64,000 bases of DNA from Planctomycetota bacterium (GTDB lineage: Bacteria > Planctomycetota > UBA1135 > UBA2386). Positions 56,516-64,000 of the stretch are shown piece after piece. The translations under genes were made by a program, and so were the position numbers. The notes beneath the pieces were generated by a model, which worked only from the letters and a program-made list of their open reading frames with translations, was not told where the DNA came from and did no database searches. Within the stretch, counting starts at the first letter, position 1, and every line of letters starts with the position of its first letter. The stretch is from NCBI GenBank assembly GCA_046290465.1, contig JBKAGP010000001.1:3808001-3872000 (forward strand), given 5' to 3'.

Positions 56516-57289
56516 ATGAACGCGCTCGCCCGCCAGCTCCTCGTGCTCGCGCCCTTCGCCCTCGCCGGCTGCCAGCTGTCGCAGCAGGCGCCGGTGACGC
56601 CGCAGCGCCCGACCGTCTCGTTCGACACCGCCACCACCGCACCCGGCACGTTCGAGCTCGAGACCGGCGTCAACGTCGACCCCGGCGACTTCTTCGACAC
56701 GCCCAACACGCTCAAGTACGGCACCGGCGAACGCACCGAGCTGTTCGTCGGCTGGTCGCCACTGCAGGTCCTGTCGCAACCCGGCGAGGACGCCGACGGC
56801 GCCAGCGACGTCGTGCTCGGTGCGCGGCACCGGCTGTGGGACGCCGACGACGGCACGCCGTCGGGCGCGGTCGTGCTGAGCGGCAAGCTGCCGACGGCCA
56901 GCTCCAACAACGGCCTCGGCTCGGGCGAGGTCGACCTGCGTGTCGGCGGCATCCTCAACCAGTCGTTCGGCGACGTCTCGGCCAACCTGTTCTACCAGTA
57001 TGGCGCGCTCGGCCAGGCCAGCGGCGGCACCACCTCCGAGCACATCGCGACGCTGACGCTCGGCACGCCGCTCGCCGAAGACGTCGGCGGGTTCTTCGAA
57101 CTGGGCGGACAGTTCGTGCCGACCACCGACACCGACGCGCTGTTCGCGATCACCGGCGTCACCTGGTCCTACTCGCCGTCGCTGGTGTTCGACGGCGGCG
57201 TCAACGTCGGGCTGTCCGACGACGCGGCCGACCTGCAGGTGTTCTTCGGCTGCACGTGGAACCTCGGCGGCCCACCGATGCGCCGCTGA
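56516..57289 (+). CDS. Putative outer-membrane beta-barrel (MetA-pathway/phenol-degradation transporter-like)
   Basis: RPTVSFDTATTAPGTFELETG, LKYG, DVVLGARHRL, KLPTAS, GLGSG; N-terminal LAGC. Confidence 0.72.
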   Translation: MNALARQLLVLAPFALAGCQLSQQAPVTPQRPTVSFDTATTAPGTFELETGVNVDPGDFFDTPNTLKYGTGERTELFVGWSPLQVLSQPGEDADGASDVVLGARHRLWDADDGTPSGAVVLSGKLPTASSNNGLGSGEVDLRVGGILNQSFGDVSANLFYQYGALGQASGGTTSEHIATLTLGTPLAEDVGGFFELGGQFVPTTDTDALFAITGVTWSYSPSLVFDGGVNVGLSDDAADLQVFFGCTWNLGGPPMRR

Positions 57290-57298
57290 GTCCACACG

Positions 57299-58468
57299 TC
57301 ACAGCAGCACTTCGAACCGCAGCGTCAACACCAGCGCGTCGTCGATGCCGCGCTGGCCCGACGGATCGTGCAGCCACTGCACGTCCGGCATCGCGACCAG
57401 CCACGGCGTCGCCTGCAGCCGCCAGAACAGTTCGGTCGCGACCTCGCCGCCGCCGCGCAGGTCGTCGCCGCGCACGTCCCGGAAGCGCGCCCACGCGACG
57501 CCGACCCCGACCATGTCGCGCGGCCGCCAGCGACCGAGACCGGTCCAGGTCGCGCCGGCGCCGATGTAGTGCTCGATGCCGCTGCCGTCGGGGTCGACGT
57601 AGCCGTACTGACCGAACACGCGCAGGCCGCGATCGGGGTCATCGACGCCGCACGGCAGCCGCTGTTCCCAGTTGACGAACGCGCCGGCGAGGCCGTCGCG
57701 AGTGGCTCCGTCGGCGCGCTCGAACGGCCCCGAGTGGTGCCACGCGCCGACCGCGGCGCGCCCCTGCAGCACGTCGCCGCCGTAGCGCCAGCCGGTCTCC
57801 GCGACCGAGAACGCGCCGTCGGGCGAGCCGAACACCGTGCGCGGGCCGCGCGGTCCCGTCGCCGTTCCCGCCTGGGTGGCGCCGTCCATGACCGCAGCGC
57901 GCAGGTAGGCACCCTGCCCATCGCCGACGTCGACGAGCGCACCGAAAGAGGGGTCGGGGTAGCTCGGAAAGCCGGCGATCGTCGGCGTGAAGCCGAACGA
58001 CGAGTGCACGTGCAGCACGCCCGCGTCGACCAGCGCGAACTCGTCGTTGGCGTCGAACTTGCCGACGCGGACCCGGGCCAACCCGCTGCAGAACCGCTGC
58101 TCGACGAACAGCCGCGCCAGCTGCACGCGGTCGGGCCCGTCGATGTTGGAGTAGACCTGCACGTCGCCACTGTCGCGGCTGCCGTCGCGGCCCTGCTGGA
58201 TCTGCAGGCCACCGACGACGCGCAGGCCGTCGATGCCCAACAGGCGCGCGCCGTCGAGCGCCGCCTCGAGATCCACCAGCGCGCGCACCACGCCGCGGCC
58301 TTCGCGCCGGCCGCCGCGCGCCAGCAGCGATGCGTCGGCGATCGCCGAGGCCGAGACCTCGACGCCCGGTGGCTGCCACCACGCGGATGCCCCGTCCTGC
58401 GCGCCCGCGGACGCCGCGACACCGCCGGCCAGCAGCAGCGCCCGCAGTGCGCGCCGGCCCCAGCTCAT
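57299..58468 (-). CDS. Carbohydrate-selective porin, OprB family
   Basis: Signal ending AGA-Q; SNIDG, RVGKFDANDEF, PSYPDPSFG, ELFWRLQATPWLVAMPDVQWLHDPSG. Confidence 0.85.
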   Translation of the reverse strand: MSWGRRALRALLLAGGVAASAGAQDGASAWWQPPGVEVSASAIADASLLARGGRREGRGVVRALVDLEAALDGARLLGIDGLRVVGGLQIQQGRDGSRDSGDVQVYSNIDGPDRVQLARLFVEQRFCSGLARVRVGKFDANDEFALVDAGVLHVHSSFGFTPTIAGFPSYPDPSFGALVDVGDGQGAYLRAAVMDGATQAGTATGPRGPRTVFGSPDGAFSVAETGWRYGGDVLQGRAAVGAWHHSGPFERADGATRDGLAGAFVNWEQRLPCGVDDPDRGLRVFGQYGYVDPDGSGIEHYIGAGATWTGLGRWRPRDMVGVGVAWARFRDVRGDDLRGGGEVATELFWRLQATPWLVAMPDVQWLHDPSGQRGIDDALVLTLRFEVLL

Positions 58469-59829
58469 GTCAGGTAGGGCAGCGCCATGCTCGCCATGCC
58501 GAGCACCAGGAAGAAGCCGCAGATGTCGGTGACCGTCGTCAGGATCGGCCCCGACGCCAGCGCCGGATCCTTGCCGAAGCGCTTGATCACGAGCGGCACC
58601 AGGCCGCCGATCGACACCGCGATCAGCGTGTTGAGCATCATCGCGCCGCCGACCACCGCGCCGAGCGCCGGGTTGCCCTTCCAGACCCACGCGACCAGGC
58701 CGACCAGGCAGCCGAGCGCGGTCCCGTTGACGATGCCGACGGCCAGCTCCTTGCTCCAGACGCGCAGCAGCTCGCCCGAACGCACCAGGCCGAGCGACAG
58801 TTCGCGGATGCTGACCGCGACCGCCTGGTTGCCGGAGCAGCCGCTCATGTCGCTGATGATCGGCAGGAACACCGCCAACGCGATCACCGCCTGCAGCGTG
58901 CTCTCGTAGATCGAAATGACGCTGGCGGCGCCGAGATTGAGCACGATGTTGAGCGACAGCCACGCCAGACGGCGCGACGTTCGCGTGCGCAGCGGCATGG
59001 TGCGCAGCTCTTCGCCGCCGACGATGCCCTGCGCGGCCAGGTAGTCGTTGTCGCTGCGCTCGCCGGTCGCGACCTCGAGGTCGCGGCCGTGCACGACGCC
59101 GACCAGCCGGCCCTCGTCGTCGACGACCGGGATGCCGAGGATGTCGTGCTCGTCGAACATCGCCTCGACGTCCTCCAGCGACGCGTGGTGCGTCACCGAC
59201 CACGGGTCCGGGATCATCAGCTCCGACAGCTGCTGGTCCGGCGCCGCCCACAACAGATCGCGCACCCGCAGCACGCCGACCAGGCGGCCGTCGCGTTCGA
59301 CGACGTAGGCGTACTGCACGTCGTAGTCGGCGTATTCCTCGCGGTTCTGCCGCATGTCCTCGATGACCGCGGCGACCTTCGCGCGGCGGCGGAACGCGAG
59401 AAACTCGGTGACCATGATGCCACCGGCCTCGTCGTCCTCGTAGGCAGCGAGCGCGCGCAGGCCGCTGGCCACCTCGGGATCGAGCCTTGCGAGGATCGCC
59501 TCGGCGTCCTCGTCGTCGAGGTCGCCTATGATGTCCGCCTGCTCGTCGCTCGGCAGCTCCTCGAGGATGCGCGCCGCCGTCTCGGGCTCGAGATCCTCGA
59601 CCAGTTCGAGAACGGTCGGCTCCGGCATCTGCTCGACCAGGTCAGCGGCGTCCTCCGGCTGCAGCTGGGAGAACAGCGCCGCGCGTTCGGGCTCGCTGAG
59701 GCGCGAGATCGCGAGCACGGCGTCGTTGCCGCTCAGCTCGGCGAGGTAGTCGGAGGCGTCCGAGCCGGACTGCACGCGGGTGCGCAGTTCGGTGCAGGCG
59801 TCGAGGGCGTCACGGGTGCTCTGGTCCAT
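58465..59829 (-). CDS. mgtE: Magnesium transporter MgtE
   Basis: Acidic N domain, AGGIMVTE, CBS pair, RRLAWL, FLPII..MSGCSGNQ, DPALASGPILTTVTD; alternative GTG at 59844. Confidence 0.93.
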   Translation of the reverse strand: MDQSTRDALDACTELRTRVQSGSDASDYLAELSGNDAVLAISRLSEPERAALFSQLQPEDAADLVEQMPEPTVLELVEDLEPETAARILEELPSDEQADIIGDLDDEDAEAILARLDPEVASGLRALAAYEDDEAGGIMVTEFLAFRRRAKVAAVIEDMRQNREEYADYDVQYAYVVERDGRLVGVLRVRDLLWAAPDQQLSELMIPDPWSVTHHASLEDVEAMFDEHDILGIPVVDDEGRLVGVVHGRDLEVATGERSDNDYLAAQGIVGGEELRTMPLRTRTSRRLAWLSLNIVLNLGAASVISIYESTLQAVIALAVFLPIISDMSGCSGNQAVAVSIRELSLGLVRSGELLRVWSKELAVGIVNGTALGCLVGLVAWVWKGNPALGAVVGGAMMLNTLIAVSIGGLVPLVIKRFGKDPALASGPILTTVTDICGFFLVLGMASMALPYLT

Positions 59830-59952
59830 GTCGAGAAGGGCCACCGACCGCGCCGGCGAATCCGGCTGCGGCCAAGTGCGTAGGGGCGCTCCTCCTATCC
59901 ACCGACGCGATCGACGTCAACGCAAGCCCGGCGGAACTCTGCACGCGATGGC

Positions 59953-61509
59953 TCAGACCTCCTGGTCCTGGCCGTCCTCGCGGAACCGCACGCGATAGAT
60001 GTCGCGTCGCCGGTCGCGCCAGTTCTGCGTCGTGCCGAGGTAGCGGTGACGGCGCAGCAGCTCGATGTCGAGGTCCTTCATGACGATGGTCTCGATGTTC
60101 GGCGTGCACTCGGCGGCGATCGCGTCGGGGCTGAACGGAATGTCCGCCGGCGTGTAGATGCCCGACTGCGCGTAGTGGATGTCGGCGTTCTCGACCTGCG
60201 GCAGGTTGCCGGTGCAGCCGGACAGCACCGTGTAGACGTGGTTCTCGATGCAGCGCGCCATCGCGCAATTGCGCACCCGCAGGTAGCCGTAGCGCTCGTC
60301 CGTGTTGAACGGCACGAAGATCACCTGCGCGCCCTTCTTGGCGGCGATCCGCGCCAGCTCCGGGAACTCGACGTCGTAGCAGATCAGGATCGCGACGCGG
60401 CCGCAGTCGGTGTCGAACACCTCGACCTTGTCGCCGCCGTTGACGCCCCACCACCGCCACTCGGCCGGCGTGATGTGGATCTTGTACTGCTTGCCGATCG
60501 TGCCGTCCCGGCGGAACAGGTACGACACGTTGTAGAGCTTGTCGTTCTCGACGGCGAAGTTGCTGCCGCCGATGATGTTGACGTGGTAGCGGAGCGCGAG
60601 GCCCTGGAACAGCTCCAGGTAGCGCTCGTTGAAGTCGGCCAGCGCGCGCGCGGCCATGCCGGGCCGGACGGCGTCGACCAGCGACAGCAGCTGCGTGGTG
60701 AACAGTTCGGGGAACACGACGAAGTCGCAGCGGTAGTCGCCGGCCGTGTCGACGAAGTGGATGACCTGCTTCTCGAACTGCTCCCACGAGTCGATCGCGC
60801 GCATCATGTACTGCACGGTCGCCAGCCGGACGACCTGCACCGGCCGCATCTCCCGCTTCTGGTGCGGCCGGTAGTCGACGTTGACCCACTCCATGTGGGT
60901 CGCCCAACCGGCGCTGTCCTCGTCGTTGGGCAGGTAGTCGGCGATCAGCTGCTTGAGCTCGAAGCCGTTGGCGAGCTGGGTCGTCAGCACCGGGTCGTAG
61001 AGGGTCTTGTCGGCGACCTTCTTGGCGTACTCGTGCGCCGACATCTCTTCGCTGTGTGGTTGGTAGCCGGGGATCCGGCCGCCGATGACGATCGCCTCGA
61101 GGTTGCGCTCGCGGGCCAGCTTCTTGCGCTCGGTGTAGAGCCGGCGCGCCAGCCGCATGCCGCGGTAGTCGGGATCGACCATGATCTCGATGCCGTAGAG
61201 CACGTCGCCGCCGTCGTCGTGGTTGCGGATGTAGCCGGCGTCGGCGACCGCCTTCCAGTCGTGCCAGTCCGAGCACAGGTCGTAGTCGACGATCAGGCTG
61301 CACGACGACGCGACCAGCTTGCCGTCGTACTCGATGCCGATCTGCCCGTCGGGAAAGTGCTCGATCTGGCTCTCGACGTGCTCGCGCGTCCAGGTCGGCA
61401 TGCCGGGAAAGCACCGCTTCTGCATCGCGACGATCGCTTCGAAGTCGTCCAGGCGGAGGCGGCGGGCGGTTAGCTTCTGCTCGAACTGATCGAGGGGGAT
61501 CGGATCCAT
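59953..61509 (-). CDS. Bifunctional GNAT acetyltransferase / carbon-nitrogen hydrolase
   Basis: [45 protein letters not shown] (E-K-C triad). Confidence 0.92.
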   Translation of the reverse strand: MDPIPLDQFEQKLTARRLRLDDFEAIVAMQKRCFPGMPTWTREHVESQIEHFPDGQIGIEYDGKLVASSCSLIVDYDLCSDWHDWKAVADAGYIRNHDDGGDVLYGIEIMVDPDYRGMRLARRLYTERKKLARERNLEAIVIGGRIPGYQPHSEEMSAHEYAKKVADKTLYDPVLTTQLANGFELKQLIADYLPNDEDSAGWATHMEWVNVDYRPHQKREMRPVQVVRLATVQYMMRAIDSWEQFEKQVIHFVDTAGDYRCDFVVFPELFTTQLLSLVDAVRPGMAARALADFNERYLELFQGLALRYHVNIIGGSNFAVENDKLYNVSYLFRRDGTIGKQYKIHITPAEWRWWGVNGGDKVEVFDTDCGRVAILICYDVEFPELARIAAKKGAQVIFVPFNTDERYGYLRVRNCAMARCIENHVYTVLSGCTGNLPQVENADIHYAQSGIYTPADIPFSPDAIAAECTPNIETIVMKDLDIELLRRHRYLGTTQNWRDRRRDIYRVRFREDGQDQEV

Positions 61510-61538
61510 GCAAGGCATGCTAACCGCTCGTCGTGCGG

Positions 61539-61826
61539 TTACTGGACCACGACCCGGCAGGTGGTGCGGCGATCGCCGCGGCCGATCCAGATGCGCAGCA
61601 CGCTGCCGGAAGGTGCCGCCGGCACCTCGAGCGTCACGCGCCCGTTCGGCGCGACGAGCCGCCAGCGCACGTGGCGGCTGCCTTCGACGGCGTAGCAGAC
61701 GCGCATCGCGCCCGGCCCGACGTCGACGACGATCGCGGCACCGGCCGGGGCGCTCGCCGGCGCGCGGATCTGGGCACCGAGCGAGCCGGCCAGCAGCAGC
61801 GCGACGACAACAGACGCGCACCTCAT
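61539..61826 (-). CDS. Small secreted hypothetical protein (95 aa)
   Basis: ATGA overlap with upstream stop; [19 protein letters not shown] signal. Confidence 0.62.
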   Translation of the reverse strand: MRCASVVVALLLAGSLGAQIRAPASAPAGAAIVVDVGPGAMRVCYAVEGSRHVRWRLVAPNGRVTLEVPAAPSGSVLRIWIGRGDRRTTCRVVVQ

Positions 61827-62914
61827 TGGTGTTCGAGGCGCAGCACGTGCGCGGTGTGGGCCGCAGCGTGACCTTCCGCATCGAGCGGGTGGCCGTAGAC
61901 GGTCGCCATGTCGAGCGACGGCAGCGTCGCGGCGATCACGCCGCGGGTCGCGTTGCTGGCCGCGACCTGCGCGAGGTCGAACCACTGCGCCGACAGCGAC
62001 GCGCCGCACAGGGCGGGATCGTCGGGCACCCACACGTCGAGCCAGGCCTCGCCGCCGAACGGCTGCTCCTCGGGCTCGGGCATCGGCGTGAACACCGCCG
62101 GCAGCACGACGTGCAACGACCCGAGGTGCAGCGCGCAGCCGGGCCCGGCCAGCATCGACGCCGGCAGGCCGAGCGCCGCCAGCGGAACGGGTGCGGCACC
62201 GAGCGTGCCGAACGCGGCCAGCGCGACGCCGCCGGGGGTGCCGTTGGCGAAGAACTGCGTGTGGCCGCCGGCGACGAATCCGACCGCCGCGCTCCACTCC
62301 CCGTTGGCGCCGCCGTAGGCACCGCAACCGCTGCCGACCGACGTCGCGCGGGTCTGGCTCGCCAGGCTCTCGGCGTCGGCCAGCCACCACACCGCCCCGG
62401 TGATCGGCGCGCCGACGACGTCGACGCACAGCGTCCCGCCGGTGTAGACGAACGGCGTCTGCAGGTCGACGCGCACCGTGTTGTCGCTGTCCCACGCGAC
62501 CTGTGGGCCGGGCTCGGCCGGCGATGCGGGCGCGTGCAGCACGCCGGCGAACACCTGCACGGCGTCGGCGCCGACGTGGCTCGCGAACGTCGTCGACGTC
62601 TGCAGCGGCGAACGCGGCGACGTCGACATCGTGACGGTGACCTGGGCCGCGCCGGCCGGATAGGCCTCGCCGTCTGCGCTGCGCCGAAGTTCGAACGCGG
62701 TGATCGCGTGTCCGAGCAGGCTGGCGAGGTGGCTCGGGCCGACCAGCGTCTGCACGCGCATCGGGCCGCCGATGCCGGCCACCGGCAGGTGGCGGACCGC
62801 GTCGAGATCGGAGAAGGCGGCCGGAACGACCGTTTGCTGTTGGGCTTGCGCGGCCGCGGCCATCGCGGCGGCGATCATCGCGGCGGTCGCGCCGCGCGGG
62901 AGAACCAGTTGCAT
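61823..62914 (-). CDS. Secreted hypothetical protein with the recurring C-terminal module
   Basis: GAGG upstream; signal ending [20 protein letters not shown]...GPGCALH...[16 protein letters not shown]. Confidence 0.78.
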   Translation of the reverse strand: MQLVLPRGATAAMIAAAMAAAAQAQQQTVVPAAFSDLDAVRHLPVAGIGGPMRVQTLVGPSHLASLLGHAITAFELRRSADGEAYPAGAAQVTVTMSTSPRSPLQTSTTFASHVGADAVQVFAGVLHAPASPAEPGPQVAWDSDNTVRVDLQTPFVYTGGTLCVDVVGAPITGAVWWLADAESLASQTRATSVGSGCGAYGGANGEWSAAVGFVAGGHTQFFANGTPGGVALAAFGTLGAAPVPLAALGLPASMLAGPGCALHLGSLHVVLPAVFTPMPEPEEQPFGGEAWLDVWVPDDPALCGASLSAQWFDLAQVAASNATRGVIAATLPSLDMATVYGHPLDAEGHAAAHTAHVLRLEHQ

Positions 62915-63051
62915 GAGCGTGTTCCTCGTTATCGGGGGAGTGGTCTGGAGGGATCAGCAGTCCCTTCCAGGTGCACCACCGGGGGGCATTCGCCCCATGG
63001 CCCCGGCCGCCGCCATGCCCTAACCTGTTCTCCCCACCCAACGAGACCCCG

Positions 63052-63969
63052 ATGCAAAGCACGCGATTCCTCCCTGTCCTGACCGCGCTCGTCCTCGCCG
63101 CCGCCGCCACGGCGCAGGACAAGAAGCTCGACGCCAACAAGTACGACCACTTCGGCGACGGCATCACCGTCGGCTCCGAGCCGCTGACGCTGCGCGCGGC
63201 CCTGAAGAACGCCAAGGAACTCGACGGCAAGACCGTTCGCGTGCGCGCGCCGATCACCGGTGTCTGCCAGGTGAAGGGCTGCTGGATGAACCTCGGCAAG
63301 CCGGACCAGAAGGGCAACCCGCCGATGTTCGTCAAGTTCAAGGACTACGGCTTCTTCATGCCCAAGGACGCGAGCGGCCGCGTCGCGATCGTCGAGGGCA
63401 CGATGTCGTTCAAGCAGGAGACCGTCGCCGAGACGCGGCACTACCTCGAGGACGCCGGCAAGCACGAGGAGGCCAAGAAGGTCACCGAGGGCCGCAAGGT
63501 GCTGCGCTTCATGGCCAGCGGCGTCGCGATCGAGAAGCCGATCGACCTGACGACCTACCAGCACTTCGGCGCCGGCATCGAGAAGGGCACAGCACCGGTC
63601 ACGCTCGCCGAGGTGATGGAGTCGCCGAAGGACTTCGTCGGCAAGAAGGTGCGCGTGCGCGGCCCGATCACCGGCGTCTGCCAGGTGAAGGGCTGCTGGA
63701 TGAACCTCGGCAAGCCGGACGCGAAGGGCAACCCGCCGATCTTCGTCAAGTTCAAGGACTACGCGTTCTTCGTGCCCAAGGACGCCAGCGGCCGCGACGC
63801 GATCCTCGAGGGCCAGCTGTCGTTCAAGCAGGAGACCGTCGCCGAGACCCGTCACTACCTCGAGGACGCCGGCAAGCACGAGCAGGCCAAGAAGGTCACC
63901 GAGGGCCGCAAGGTGCTGCGCTTCATGGCCGACGGCGTCGCGATCGAGAAGCCGGCGAAGAAGAAGTAG
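63052..63969 (+). CDS. Secreted tandem DUF4920-domain protein
   Basis: Two copies (period 414 nt) of VCQVKGCWM...FVKFKDY.FF.PKD...RHYLEDAGK. Confidence 0.88.
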   Translation: MQSTRFLPVLTALVLAAAATAQDKKLDANKYDHFGDGITVGSEPLTLRAALKNAKELDGKTVRVRAPITGVCQVKGCWMNLGKPDQKGNPPMFVKFKDYGFFMPKDASGRVAIVEGTMSFKQETVAETRHYLEDAGKHEEAKKVTEGRKVLRFMASGVAIEKPIDLTTYQHFGAGIEKGTAPVTLAEVMESPKDFVGKKVRVRGPITGVCQVKGCWMNLGKPDAKGNPPIFVKFKDYAFFVPKDASGRDAILEGQLSFKQETVAETRHYLEDAGKHEQAKKVTEGRKVLRFMADGVAIEKPAKKK

Positions 63970-64000
63970 CCCGCCGCGCCGCAAGACCTGCACCGAATCG

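Noticed and set aside
1..64000. tRNA/rRNA, selA/selB/selC/selD, transposase, integrase, prophage or defence genes
   Set aside because: No recognisable motifs found by eye; a covariance-model scan would be needed to exclude small RNAs formally

Overview
High-GC (about 70% by eye) bacterial chromosomal window. It most resembles an uncultured Planctomycetota genome; this is inferred from the WD40 Ser/Thr kinases, a kinase-linked ECF sigma factor and many secreted repeat proteins. About 54 real CDS are present, and most long ORFs in the track are antisense or off-frame shadows. I found no rRNA, tRNA, CRISPR array, transposase or prophage. Main results: (1) two selenoprotein genes that the ORF track splits at an in-frame TGA, a lipoprotein MsrA (G-U-FWG, 3767-4534) and an AhpC/TSA peroxiredoxin-like protein (W-U-PYC, 10196-10846 minus). 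Each TGA is followed at exactly 12 nt by a 7-bp stem with an NGUNC loop (candidate SECIS). A phosphonate-type ABC transporter resembling the putative selenate clade lies in the same window. (2) A C-terminal module of about 130 aa recurs on unrelated secreted proteins, and almost every predicted cleaved signal peptide is followed by Gln. Together these suggest a lineage-specific protein export, anchoring or maturation system analogous to the Bacteroidota T9SS CTD plus Q-rule. (3) Leaderless-type promoters are frequent, and there is a duplicated MarR operator candidate, REP/MITE-like palindromes, and tandem arrays seeded at gene 3' ends. All family calls come from motif recognition by eye, not database searches.
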